A stretch of DNA of 64,000 bases from a virus (taxonomy: Duplodnaviria; Caudoviricetes): positions 1 to 64,000 of IMG/VR virus record IMGVR_UViG_3300010340_000454, one strand, 5' to 3'. Of the stretch, positions 46,419 to 56,588 are shown piece after piece. The stretch's first letter is position 1; each line of letters begins with the position of its first letter. Under the pieces are notes generated by a model. The model saw nothing but the letters and a program-made list of their open reading frames with translations. It was not told the DNA's origin and made no database searches. Both the position numbers and the translations under genes were made by a program.

Positions 46419-48494
46419 ATGGCAAACTCAGGACGCAAGGCTAGTAAAATGCTCCAAGAGTTTATGAAAACTGCCGTAAAAGCTAAAGCCGACTTCAAGA
46501 AAACAGGCTCGGATTCAAAGGCTTCAAATGCAGCCTTTGAATCTGTTATTGACAAGTTAGAGAACCTTTTTTCTACTATGGAAAAAGGTCAAGAGGGCAA
46601 CCGCTCTAACTTAGAAAAAAGCCAGATGAAAGACCTTACGCATGTTACTGCCTCACTGCTAGCTATTCTTAGGTCTAAAGATAAATCTATAAACTCCTTA
46701 CAGGATACTTTAGCTAACTTCCAAGAAAGTACGCTACGACTAGCTGAAACTTTAGGCGGGGAAAACCGAATAGAGGATACTAAAAACATTAACGCTAGGA
46801 TGCTTAAGGAAGTCCAAGCAGGCCTAACTTCTGATATTGCCGAGGCTTTCGCAAAGTCGCAAGGCAAAATAGAAAAAGCCTCTAAAGTTGCCTCTAAGTC
46901 AGGCTTATACGGAACTATAGCTGACGCTTTTGCTGGAGGCATCTTCGGTCCCGCAGGGAAAGATATATCAGAAATGTTCGGCCTTGAGGATAGGGTCGAA
47001 AAGATGTTTACTAAGACAGCTGGTCACTGGAGTAGAAAAAAGAGGAGGGCAGGTGCTGCTGGTGTACAAGGGTTATCCGCAACGGCTGCTACGGGAACCG
47101 ACGCTTTGTCTAACAAGCAAGCCCGAACAGATGCGGCGCTAGCAGCAGACGCTAACGCTGACTTCATGCGGAATAGTCTAGAATCCAATAAAGATGTTGT
47201 AAGGGAATTAAAAGGTATAAAGTCCGGCTTCAGTGTAGGCGGAATGATGGGGTCTTTGTTTAAGATGTTCTTAGGCGGAGGCTCTACTATCGTAAGGGTA
47301 CTAGGTGCAATTGCATCTGGTATCATGGGTTTAATGGGCTTGAAATCTTTGCTACCTGGAGGTATGCCGGACATAGATGTAGACTTGCCTGGAGGTGGAG
47401 ATGGTGACATAGGTCCTGATGGTAAGCCTAAACCTAAGCCGAAGCCGAAGCCGAAGGGGGGTAGGCTCAAAAACATTCTTAAAGGCGCTAAGGGTCTTGG
47501 AGGGCGGGCTCTTTCTATGGGGGGCCGTGCACTTCCTTGGTTAGGCCGAGCTGGTATGGGGTTGCTCTCATCACCCGCTGCGGCAGTAGCAGGTGCAGGC
47601 GCTACTGGGTACGCTGTAGGCACCGAACTAAACAATCAGTTTGATCTATCTACAAAGCTTGTTGACGGCGTAATGGCTGCTCAATCTGGCGTTAGCAGTG
47701 CTTGGGACAAAGCCAAAACCTTTATGTCAGGCGGCGAGTCTGTATCTGATATTCTTAAGAAAGCTGCTGACAGGACAGGTGTGGATTATGGAATTCTCAT
47801 GTCTGTGGCAAAACAAGAATCTGGCTTTAATCCTAACGCAAAGGCGGGGGGCAAATCCTCTGCTAAAGGCCTATTTCAATTCGTAGATAAGACCTGGGCC
47901 GGCATGGTAAAACAGTACGGTGCGGCTTATGGCATCGGAATCGGAGACGTGATGGACCCTCTAGCTAACGCTACAATGGGCGCACTCTACCTTAAAGATA
48001 ATATGAGGATACTAAAAAATGCAAAGGTTCCCATTAACGGAACGTCTTTGTACGCCGCGCACTTTATGGGGCCTTACGCGGCAGCAAAATTATTTAGCGC
48101 AGACCCTTCGGCTGAAATAACTTCTGTCAAAGGAATTCCTGGCCTTTCTGACCCTACTAATTCTAACATATATTATAGGGACGGTAAGAAAATGTCGCAA
48201 CCTAAGACTGTTGCTGAGGTGCAGCAGACCTTATTCGATAAAGTAGGAAAAAGCGCAGACGCTTTTGCAGCGCACGCCAACGCCCAAGGCTCTTCTGTGG
48301 CTCCGCCTACAGTTGCGAGGTCCAAAGGCGGCGACAACATTCCTCAAACCATTGCTGCTCCTCAAGGTTCTTCTGGGCCTGTTTCCTCCAGTAATACTGG
48401 AGCTAATGGTGCGCCTGCTGCTACCATTGATGAAATACCTATGTTTGTTAATGATATGGGCCTAGTACTAACCACAGCTGGCGCTATTCTTTAA
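46419..48494 (+). CDS. Tape-measure-like protein with lytic transglycosylase (SLT) domain
   Basis: Helical N-terminus, Gly-rich hydrophobic region, AKQESGFNP.A...SSAKGLFQF...TW...LYAAHFMG. Confidence 0.8.
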   Translation: MANSGRKASKMLQEFMKTAVKAKADFKKTGSDSKASNAAFESVIDKLENLFSTMEKGQEGNRSNLEKSQMKDLTHVTASLLAILRSKDKSINSLQDTLANFQESTLRLAETLGGENRIEDTKNINARMLKEVQAGLTSDIAEAFAKSQGKIEKASKVASKSGLYGTIADAFAGGIFGPAGKDISEMFGLEDRVEKMFTKTAGHWSRKKRRAGAAGVQGLSATAATGTDALSNKQARTDAALAADANADFMRNSLESNKDVVRELKGIKSGFSVGGMMGSLFKMFLGGGSTIVRVLGAIASGIMGLMGLKSLLPGGMPDIDVDLPGGGDGDIGPDGKPKPKPKPKPKGGRLKNILKGAKGLGGRALSMGGRALPWLGRAGMGLLSSPAAAVAGAGATGYAVGTELNNQFDLSTKLVDGVMAAQSGVSSAWDKAKTFMSGGESVSDILKKAADRTGVDYGILMSVAKQESGFNPNAKAGGKSSAKGLFQFVDKTWAGMVKQYGAAYGIGIGDVMDPLANATMGALYLKDNMRILKNAKVPINGTSLYAAHFMGPYAAAKLFSADPSAEITSVKGIPGLSDPTNSNIYYRDGKKMSQPKTVAEVQQTLFDKVGKSADAFAAHANAQGSSVAPPTVARSKGGDNIPQTIAAPQGSSGPVSSSNTGANGAPAATIDEIPMFVNDMGLVLTTAGAIL

Positions 48495-48504
48495 GAGGTG
48501 AAAC

Positions 48505-49548
48505 ATGGTAGGAAAATTATCAGATTTCGCTAATACCTTCGTGCCTACTATTAAAGAAGGCCAAGGCCCTAGCACTAGGTCCTACACACCTATAAGTGCG
48601 CCTGCAGGCACCGCAGAAGCTGCCCAGCAAGGGGCAGTTGCTAAGTCTGAGGCTACTTTTCGAGAATCTCTCCAGCATAAATACCAGATACATATAGCAT
48701 CTATAACATCAAACGTAGAGAATCCAGTTATTTCGGTAACTGGTTTTCTTCCTGAAGACATAAGCATAGATATTAGTGCCGAGTACACTCCCGCCTTTGG
48801 CGAAGGCTTGTTCGACCCTAGCGCAGGGTTAGTCCAAAAGGCAGTTCGACTTGCAGGCTTCTCCGGTATATCTCAAGAAATGTCTGTAAAAATATGGGAG
48901 TCTACTCAAGGCATAAACATATCCATACCTATTACATTTGTTGCTGGTGAAATTATAGGCGGTAAACCTGTAAACAACATTATGGATCCTATAATGGATC
49001 TAATGAGTCTGTGCACACCTAGTAAAACTAAGGGTGACTGGTTCTTAACCCCGCCCGGGCCTACAGTGGTAGCCGATTTTGCTATGATCGGTAGGGTTCT
49101 TAAAGACTCTGCCGCACTTAGCGCTTCCTTCGCGTCAGAGGTTGTAGAGGAAATTCCTGTAGTAGGTAGTGTTGTGACAGCATTAAAAGCCGCCGCAACA
49201 GGAGCCGTAGACGTTGTTAACAAAACTACAGGCGTAGATTTAAGTACGTACAACCTAGAAGGCGTAACTAAACAGGTAGACGACCTTAAGAAGTCGTGGG
49301 CTGGCTTGGACTTCAGCCAAGTGTTAAGGTTTAACAGTAAAATTTCCGTATTCATCGGTGACTTTCTCCACTTCGACAACGTTGTGGTTAACAGCGTTAG
49401 CCAGAATTACCAGATGATACTGGACGAAGTAGGTAACCCTATGCAGGCCACAGTAACGTTTAACTTTACTACAATGCTGTCGCCTACTATACAGGATTTG
49501 CGTAAGATATTCCTGCACCACTCTAAGAGAGGGGCCGCACAGAAATGA
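48505..49548 (+). CDS. Baseplate tube-cap/initiator-like protein
   Basis: IG.FLHFDNVVVNSVS....G.PMQATVT..FTT motif. Confidence 0.6.
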   Translation: MVGKLSDFANTFVPTIKEGQGPSTRSYTPISAPAGTAEAAQQGAVAKSEATFRESLQHKYQIHIASITSNVENPVISVTGFLPEDISIDISAEYTPAFGEGLFDPSAGLVQKAVRLAGFSGISQEMSVKIWESTQGINISIPITFVAGEIIGGKPVNNIMDPIMDLMSLCTPSKTKGDWFLTPPGPTVVADFAMIGRVLKDSAALSASFASEVVEEIPVVGSVVTALKAAATGAVDVVNKTTGVDLSTYNLEGVTKQVDDLKKSWAGLDFSQVLRFNSKISVFIGDFLHFDNVVVNSVSQNYQMILDEVGNPMQATVTFNFTTMLSPTIQDLRKIFLHHSKRGAAQK

Positions 49549-49913
49549 CTTCACAATATGAGAGAACAGAATACATTCCTATAAAAGCCTTGTCCGCTGG
49601 CATTTCTAGGGAACCTAAGTTGTATCTAGATTACCTAAATGCAAAGTACTTGCCTATTGTGCAGCAAATAGGCATCTACACTGAGTACCAAGTAACTTCG
49701 TCTATGGAGGCTCGGTTAGATTTAATAAGCAACCTATTTTACCAGACACCTACTCTGTGGTGGTTTATAGGTATGTACAATGGCATAACTAACCCTATAT
49801 TTGAGGTTACTACAGGAAGAAAATTAAAAATTCCTGACAGAAATAGCTTGGATTCTGTGCTGCAAGTTGCCGTAGAGCCTAGCTCGAACAAAGGCGTAGT
49901 GGAGTTACAATAA
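49545..49913 (+). CDS. Baseplate wedge LysM-like protein (gp53/tail X-like)
   Basis: RLDLIS..FY.TPTLWW.I..YNGI.NP....G..LKIP. Confidence 0.8.
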   Translation: MTSQYERTEYIPIKALSAGISREPKLYLDYLNAKYLPIVQQIGIYTEYQVTSSMEARLDLISNLFYQTPTLWWFIGMYNGITNPIFEVTTGRKLKIPDRNSLDSVLQVAVEPSSNKGVVELQ

Positions 49914-51079
49914 TGCTTCGTGTGTCTGATAGATTCTATATTTCCGTTAAGATAGACGGGAAAGAGCTACCGTTAGAAAAGCTGGCGTTTAGGTCTTTTC
50001 AGGCGCATAGCAGCGTAAACTTTTACCAGCCAATGGCAAACCTTTCTGTTGTAGATAACCAAAGATACTTCGACACTAACCCAGTAGGCGATGGCGTTAA
50101 GTTTGAAGTGTATACAGGAACTACGAAAGACATAGCAAAAGCCAAAATATATAAGTTTAGGCACTTTAAAACAGACAAGTCTCCTATTGGCGGCAACATA
50201 CAGGCTTACAACTTTCGCCTAGTTTTTGACGCCCCTCGTTTCCTAAATGAAAATCTGGTAAGTTCCATAAAAGGCACCTCAAGCGAAGTAATTAAAAAAC
50301 TCGCCGCACAAGTTCCTATAAACAAAGTTGTTGCCGACCCTAGTTCTGACTCTATGTCTTGGCTGCCTTTCGGAATGAAGCGGTGCGAGTTTGCTAGGCA
50401 GGTATGTAATCACGCTTACGCTAACGCTTCAAGTTGCTTTATGTTAGGCATTCGCCTCGACGGCTCCTTGCACTTCAGAAATGTTTCCACAATTGATTTG
50501 TCAAAGTCCAACACCTTGATGGTTAGAGGTACGTCTAAGCTAAGTGATTCTATTAAAATAATAGGGTACCGAGAAGTAGCCGCATCCGGATTATCTAATC
50601 TTGTTACAGGCTACAAGATGGAAACAATAGAACAAGGTACTGGCGAAGATAAGTCTTACACTAAAGTGTCTGCACCTACTACATCGCCTAGTGTTCTGAT
50701 AAATTCAAACATTAGCTTAGGGATAGAAGGCTCTAAAATAGTAAACACGCCTATAGCAAGTTCTAACACACACCCTAACTACCAGAATGCGTTACACCAG
50801 AACAAGCGCATACGAAATACCTTTATGCTATCCACTTTCGTTGCTACTGACCACATGACTGATCTTGACCTGTTTGATACAGCAAAATTCATGCTAGTGG
50901 AGCAAGGCCAAGGCAAAACCCAATTAAATGAAAAAATCTCCGGCTCCTACCTAATTGTAGCTAAGACTATATATGCAACAAAAGATGGAATGTATTATGA
51001 AAAGTTTCAATTGCAGAGGCAAGGCTATAATGCTAATACCATAAGCTCCTCGCAGATGAAGGCCTTGGAGGCAAAATGA
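49913..51079 (+). CDS. Baseplate hub protein (gp27/gpD-like)
   Basis: Size, position between LysM and spike genes, SG.YLI motif. Confidence 0.6.
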   Translation: MLRVSDRFYISVKIDGKELPLEKLAFRSFQAHSSVNFYQPMANLSVVDNQRYFDTNPVGDGVKFEVYTGTTKDIAKAKIYKFRHFKTDKSPIGGNIQAYNFRLVFDAPRFLNENLVSSIKGTSSEVIKKLAAQVPINKVVADPSSDSMSWLPFGMKRCEFARQVCNHAYANASSCFMLGIRLDGSLHFRNVSTIDLSKSNTLMVRGTSKLSDSIKIIGYREVAASGLSNLVTGYKMETIEQGTGEDKSYTKVSAPTTSPSVLINSNISLGIEGSKIVNTPIASSNTHPNYQNALHQNKRIRNTFMLSTFVATDHMTDLDLFDTAKFMLVEQGQGKTQLNEKISGSYLIVAKTIYATKDGMYYEKFQLQRQGYNANTISSSQMKALEAK

Positions 51080-51654
51080 GCGAAAGCATTCTTAATATGA
51101 GGCCGCAAGACCTCAAAGACCTACTTTTTATTGCGACTGTAGTAAGTGCTTCGGACCCAGAAAGAGAGGCGGAAGTACAAATTAGAATACCAAAGCGCAT
51201 GGACGCTATTCCAGACGAAGACCTTCCTTGGGCCCGTCCTAAACTACAAGGCGCGTTCTTCAAAGTTCCAGACGTGGGTGAGAAAATATATGTAGAATTC
51301 CAGCAAGGCAGCATATATCATCCAATGTACTATGCTAGGGCAATTGCTCCAAACGGCGTTAACGTTTTCTCTGACGATTACCCTAATACTTGGGGTATAT
51401 CTGACGGTAAGAACTATATCCGCATAAATAAAAACACGAACATAATGGAATTTGTTAACGACGAAGGTGTTAAGGTAACGATGGGCGCAGGTACTATGGC
51501 TGTAGACGTTCCTTCAACTTACACTCTGGATGCAGGGGATAACGTTGTTATTAACGTAGGCCTGAATGCGTCGATTACTGCATTAACCGCAGACGTTACC
51601 ACAACAGGCCCTGCTACAATTACAGGTGTCCCTATCCTACTGAACAACGGGTGA
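51076..51654 (+). CDS. Baseplate central spike (gp5/gpV OB-fold)
   Basis: DP.....V.IRIP...LPWA.P...VP.VG..IYVEF.QG...HP.Y, then beta-helix repeats. Confidence 0.85.
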   Translation: MSESILNMRPQDLKDLLFIATVVSASDPEREAEVQIRIPKRMDAIPDEDLPWARPKLQGAFFKVPDVGEKIYVEFQQGSIYHPMYYARAIAPNGVNVFSDDYPNTWGISDGKNYIRINKNTNIMEFVNDEGVKVTMGAGTMAVDVPSTYTLDAGDNVVINVGLNASITALTADVTTTGPATITGVPILLNNG

Positions 51655-51657
51655 ACT

Positions 51658-51963
51658 ATGACAGGTATAGCTAGACTGAATGACATAGGAATTGGAGTCT
51701 GCCCAGGACACCCTGTACCAGTTCCCTTCACAGCAGTAATCATACAAGGCTGCACAATGACAATATCTGAAGGAATGCCCGTATCTAACTCAAACTCCAT
51801 ATTGATGTGTACCTGCGGCCACACCGCAATACCTACTATGTTTTCATCTAACGTAATAGCAGAAGGTGGCGGTGTCCACCGACTAGGAGACCTAGGTGTT
51901 AACAACGCAGGCGGTACTTACGTAATTTCATTAGCAGGCGCTACCGTAATAGCCGGAGGTTAA
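51658..51963 (+). CDS. PAAR-like spike tip protein
   Basis: IARLND, C.GH, CGH, VHRLGD. Confidence 0.8.
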   Translation: MTGIARLNDIGIGVCPGHPVPVPFTAVIIQGCTMTISEGMPVSNSNSILMCTCGHTAIPTMFSSNVIAEGGGVHRLGDLGVNNAGGTYVISLAGATVIAGG

Positions 51964-51964
51964 C

Positions 51965-52843
51965 ATGGGGGTTCACGTAGATTCTGTCATTCCTACTTGG
52001 ATAAATACGTATCACCCTACTTTTTACACTTCTCTAACAGATAAGGAGGAGTACACCTACAATACTTACCCTTCCTACAAGTCTCAGTGGATAACCGAAT
52101 TCACTAATTTAAGTACAGCAATGAATAACTGGAAAAACGTGTCTAGAGAAACCTCAGTGTCCGGTTTACTCAGTAGCATACACACTTACATCCAGCTGTA
52201 CTTAAACTTTGGAACTAGCAGCGCAGCATTAGCTTCCATGCAGGCTTACACTATCTTTAACATTAACGGTTTTATATCTTCTACACTGGCTAGGCCTATT
52301 GGTTACTACAATGATATGACCTCGGTAGCGCCTTACAACTCTGCCAAGGTAGACGCCGACATTGCCGCAATAAATACTATGGCTACAGAAACTTCTAGCA
52401 TAACCACAGCGCAGAACAACTCAAAAGCGGTGGTTACGCCTTTTGTAGCTAACGCATTATTCGTGGATGTTTCTCCTGTAGGGCCTGCGGGGGCAACTCA
52501 GGTCACATTGCCAGGCTCAGGCTACACGGATGGCATTTACACAAACATTGCTTTATCCACTGTTTCAGGAACAGGTTCCGGCGCACAAGCAGGCACTATA
52601 CAGGTGACAGGCGGAGAGGTTGTTCTATGTGTTGTAGGGGCTACCAAAGGCTCTGCCTATAAGCCAGGCACAATAGTAACCGCTGCGTTACCTGGTGGTT
52701 CTGGTTTCCAAGCCAAAATTGTTGCTGTCATTGGTGCGAGCAAACAAAACGTTGGAGAGTTTATTTTCAACAATATGAATTACAGGAAAGTGTACGAGAA
52801 CTTGAACGTAGGAAGCTTAACGTTGCCTCCGTACATTACCTAA
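51965..52843 (+). CDS. Hypothetical baseplate-region protein
   Basis: Helical N-terminus; C-terminal GSGYT.G...G.G.GA.....V.GG.V module. Confidence 0.65.
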   Translation: MGVHVDSVIPTWINTYHPTFYTSLTDKEEYTYNTYPSYKSQWITEFTNLSTAMNNWKNVSRETSVSGLLSSIHTYIQLYLNFGTSSAALASMQAYTIFNINGFISSTLARPIGYYNDMTSVAPYNSAKVDADIAAINTMATETSSITTAQNNSKAVVTPFVANALFVDVSPVGPAGATQVTLPGSGYTDGIYTNIALSTVSGTGSGAQAGTIQVTGGEVVLCVVGATKGSAYKPGTIVTAALPGGSGFQAKIVAVIGASKQNVGEFIFNNMNYRKVYENLNVGSLTLPPYIT

Positions 52844-52853
52844 GAGGTAGAAT

Positions 52854-53261
52854 ATGATTCTGACATACCCTACTGCAAAGTTAGAAGGCGCTACCTATAT
52901 TGACTTAAACAATTTGCTAGGCGTTAACCTAGATCCAAACCTGATCACCGACGTTAAAGCTATTAGAGGCTCTATCTACAATATACTAATGACCCCTCTA
53001 GGTACACGCTACAGGCTTCCTGAGTTTGGTTCTGCTCTTCTATGGTTGTTGCAAGAGCCTAGAGACCTTAGTACTGCCTTTAAAATAAAAAATGCAGTGT
53101 TAACAGCAATTGACCGATGGGAGCCTAGGGTGGAAATAGATACACCTCAATCTAAAGTCGATCTGTTTGGAATGGATGGGTACTCCATGAGCCTTGTTTT
53201 TTACATGCCTAGATTCAGTCAGACAGCCTCTTTCTCAATGAACATTCGGAGACCTAACTAA
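52854..53261 (+). CDS. Baseplate wedge protein gp25-like
   Basis: AI..SI.NIL.TP.G.R...PEFGS.L..LL.EP...AI.RWEPRV. Confidence 0.9.
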   Translation: MILTYPTAKLEGATYIDLNNLLGVNLDPNLITDVKAIRGSIYNILMTPLGTRYRLPEFGSALLWLLQEPRDLSTAFKIKNAVLTAIDRWEPRVEIDTPQSKVDLFGMDGYSMSLVFYMPRFSQTASFSMNIRRPN

Positions 53262-55252
53262 TGACTGACCGCGTTAAGTCATTATCGACAATCCATCCAG
53301 ATTTCGACTACCTGGTAACCCAGCTCAGTAGCTACCTTAGCACTCGCCCTGTTTGGAAAGACCAACTGCGCTCGTCTACGGGCCAGTTTACGCTAGAGGT
53401 AGCAGCCGCTATTGGTGAATTAGATCAGTACTCTTTGGAACGCATCATGCAGGACGCTTTTCCGGAAACAGCAAAACTGGATAGCGCTGTATATGCTGCA
53501 ATGAAATCCTTGGGTACAAGATTAGGAAGAAAAAAGCCAGGTACTACTGTATTACCTCTGGCCGAAGTTACTACTCCTAACGGCCCTCCTGTTGGGTTTA
53601 CTCGTTTAAAAAGAACTACTAACGGCGCACCTCTGATTATTCCTCCAATGACGCAGTTCTCTACGTCTTTGGGTCTAATGTTCAATCGTAAAACTATTAG
53701 ATTCGACTCTGGTTCTTTTTTCGGGTATCAGGTTCCTGATTCTTCTATAGGAAAAGAAGCGATTGAGTTATACGAGGGTAGAGTAGAGACGCGCTACTTC
53801 TCTATGACAGGCGAAGATTTTGCCTCTATCTTTTCGGGCGAAGACAACTTTGTAATTTCGGATACTGACGTTTCTATTACGCTAGGGGCTGGCGGCACCT
53901 CAGCAGGCCCTATACCAAGACAGACCGTTGGCCTGTGGAACAATAAAAATAACTTACCAGGTTGGCAAGACATTACTACCTCAGATGGCAGACTACACGT
54001 ATTGTTTGGCAGTAGCGTTTACGGTACCATACCGGCAGCCAATCAGCTAGTAATCATGTCGTATGCTGTAACGAAAGGCGCTTCTGGTGATGGCGTTTTT
54101 CCAACGTATAAAGTAGCGTGCGAGGCTTTTCCTCAAATCGACTCTTCATACGACGTATTCGTAAGTACACCTACTCTGGCAGGGCCTGTTAATATCTCTG
54201 CAACCTCTATCTCCGGAGGTGTGAATGAGGTCTCCGCTTCCCAGTATAAAAAACTTGGTTCCCAGATTTTTGCTGCTGACCAAGGCAATAGGGCAGTACA
54301 ACAACAGGATTATGCTGCGGTAGTTAAGAGTTTCACCGGAGTATCTGACGCTTTGGTAATACCTCAGAGGGATCTAGACCCTAGCGACCTTAGATTTATG
54401 AATGTGGCAAAGATTGTTACGTATCCTAAAAATATGAACAATGCCGCATTCCAGCAGCTACTATCCTACGTAAATGCTCGTTCTATGATGAGCATGAATT
54501 TTTACAGGGAAGAACTCCCAGGAGGGGATCCGTTAGAGCCTTACATAAGACTAGTAGATTTAAAACTTAACGTGTACTGCGCCCAGAACGCCGACCTAGT
54601 TGGCATTAGAGACAACTACGTAGTACCTGCTATCCTTGGTCTTTTAGATAGGCAATGGACCGCGCTTAACCCGCGCCCGTCAGGCTCCTCGAAGATTAAC
54701 AGAAAAATAACAGTGTCGGACTTCACCACTGTTATAAAGAATGCTCACCCTAGCATAGACTATATTGTTTTGACGGAACCTAGCACAGATGTTTTGGCTA
54801 AGGTAGAAGCCCCTCTACCGACCCTAACCTTACTGAATACAGGATTAGGAACGTTCGGGAGTTTAGCTCAATTCTACTCCATTACAATAATAACTCCTAC
54901 AGGAGAAACTCTGCCTTCTCCTCCTGTCAGCATTTTCCTGGATGATTTAACAGACGAGGTTTCTATATCTGTAGACTTGCCTAGCAACTACATGAACACC
55001 TGGCTTGTCTTTAGAGTTTATAGAGGGCCTACTATTGATACTATGGCCCTAGTTAATCCTGCTCTAATTTCATGGAGCTACTCAGGAAATACAGGCACTG
55101 TACAGGATTCTGGCGTAGCGCTTACGGCAGCCACTCCACCTACTACTGATACTACAGGTGAATGGGTTATTAACTTGCCTAACAATTGGTCGCCTGTAGA
55201 TAAGGTATTTATGTTTAATTCTGAGCGCACACTAAGACTGCCTGGGACTTAA
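53261..55252 (+). CDS. Baseplate wedge protein gp6/J-like
   Basis: PDFD, E.AK..S.VY, V.FG..VYG.IP, GG...E, RAV...DY. Confidence 0.85.
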   Translation: MTDRVKSLSTIHPDFDYLVTQLSSYLSTRPVWKDQLRSSTGQFTLEVAAAIGELDQYSLERIMQDAFPETAKLDSAVYAAMKSLGTRLGRKKPGTTVLPLAEVTTPNGPPVGFTRLKRTTNGAPLIIPPMTQFSTSLGLMFNRKTIRFDSGSFFGYQVPDSSIGKEAIELYEGRVETRYFSMTGEDFASIFSGEDNFVISDTDVSITLGAGGTSAGPIPRQTVGLWNNKNNLPGWQDITTSDGRLHVLFGSSVYGTIPAANQLVIMSYAVTKGASGDGVFPTYKVACEAFPQIDSSYDVFVSTPTLAGPVNISATSISGGVNEVSASQYKKLGSQIFAADQGNRAVQQQDYAAVVKSFTGVSDALVIPQRDLDPSDLRFMNVAKIVTYPKNMNNAAFQQLLSYVNARSMMSMNFYREELPGGDPLEPYIRLVDLKLNVYCAQNADLVGIRDNYVVPAILGLLDRQWTALNPRPSGSSKINRKITVSDFTTVIKNAHPSIDYIVLTEPSTDVLAKVEAPLPTLTLLNTGLGTFGSLAQFYSITIITPTGETLPSPPVSIFLDDLTDEVSISVDLPSNYMNTWLVFRVYRGPTIDTMALVNPALISWSYSGNTGTVQDSGVALTAATPPTTDTTGEWVINLPNNWSPVDKVFMFNSERTLRLPGT

Positions 55253-55254
55253 TT

Positions 55255-56568
55255 ATGGCTAGATATAAGCTTATGCCTCCAAACTTCCAGGACTTAGAGT
55301 TCTGGAAGGAGTTCTGTGATGCTATCGACTACGTTTGGAAAAATGAAGTAGATAATCCTCAAAAGGCTTTCAGGCTGTTGCGTGACACCTATGCAATGAC
55401 CTTTGTGCCTTATGGCGAAAGCCCCGATAGCAGCTACCCAAATAACGAGTACGACCCATTAGAAGGCACAAAAGTATTCGATATTAACAATTTTTTCGAC
55501 TTCTCTAGGCAAGCAGAATCCGCAGAGTTTACGCTGGCTTCTCCAGAAAGTGTTATAAATTTAGCGTCTTACGGTGCCACTAACGTACAAACAGGTTACC
55601 CACAAACATTAGTAATTGTGTATAAGTGGAATGGGTCAAAGTGGTCTCAAATACCTCCTAGCCAATACGTTGCTACCTCACCGATAGAATTAACTTTTAG
55701 CTATGTTTTACCCTCAGGTACAAAGCTAAAGCTTGTAGAACGAATCTCTTCTCCAGAATTATCCTCACAGCTTAGGTATTTAGGGTTTCAATTTCCTAAT
55801 ACTGAATTTATTTCTAGGGCGTCTAGTGTATTAAAGTCACCCGCTTTGCAGGTTCTAGCATCCAATTATGGCAATTACTTAGCAGCTACTAAAGGAACGC
55901 CCCAGTTTTTTGATTTCTTTGGATTTTGCCTAGCTTCCGAATTTAGTGTTCGTAGGTTATGGGCTGAAGTTCCATACGCGCCTGCTTCAGTAAGCTATCA
56001 GGCTCAAGGCGCTCCTTATAAATACGATACTTCGCTAACGTTTAAAAAAGTGGTTAACCCTCCGAGTGTTCCACAAAACGGCATAACGCTGTCTACAAAT
56101 ATAAGTATTGATATTTACCCTTACACAAAGTCTAATGTAGACCTTTACATAAAAGGCCCTACTGAAACCAGCTACACACTTGTTCCTGTTTCTGACTACG
56201 ATCCAACGCCGGGCATTGCTAGCTCTTTTAACGTACTAAATTTCGGATCACCCCTAGCCATAGGTACTGAAATACTTATAATGTATAAACGCTCTAAAAT
56301 ACCTTACGGCATTCTCAGAGAAGAAGGTGATCCACTTATAGGAACTCCTGTGTGGGCAGGTGGCAATTGGTTTCCTACTTCCCATGTTAACCTTAGGTAC
56401 AACTTGCTTAAATACGGTGGAAGCTTGGATAGCAATGAAATACGAAAGTTTTTTGATTACGTTGCTAACCTAAACTTGGTGCTAGACTCCGTGATCCTGA
56501 GTGAGTCCGGCTCTATAGCCCCAGCCAACGTAGGCCTAGCCGCAAAAATGAAAATTACGCAGTTGTAA
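55255..56568 (+). CDS. Baseplate wedge protein gp7/tail-I-like
   Basis: Follows gp6; LGF, KGT..F..F motifs. Confidence 0.55.
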   Translation: MARYKLMPPNFQDLEFWKEFCDAIDYVWKNEVDNPQKAFRLLRDTYAMTFVPYGESPDSSYPNNEYDPLEGTKVFDINNFFDFSRQAESAEFTLASPESVINLASYGATNVQTGYPQTLVIVYKWNGSKWSQIPPSQYVATSPIELTFSYVLPSGTKLKLVERISSPELSSQLRYLGFQFPNTEFISRASSVLKSPALQVLASNYGNYLAATKGTPQFFDFFGFCLASEFSVRRLWAEVPYAPASVSYQAQGAPYKYDTSLTFKKVVNPPSVPQNGITLSTNISIDIYPYTKSNVDLYIKGPTETSYTLVPVSDYDPTPGIASSFNVLNFGSPLAIGTEILIMYKRSKIPYGILREEGDPLIGTPVWAGGNWFPTSHVNLRYNLLKYGGSLDSNEIRKFFDYVANLNLVLDSVILSESGSIAPANVGLAAKMKITQL

Positions 56569-56588
56569 CGCTGCATAGAGAGGACAAC

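Noticed and set aside
41250-55252. Bacterial T6SS/eCIS or tailocin interpretation of the sheath-tube-spike-PAAR genes
   Set aside because: Capsid, scaffold, replication and lysis genes in the same contiguous region show this is a phage genome.
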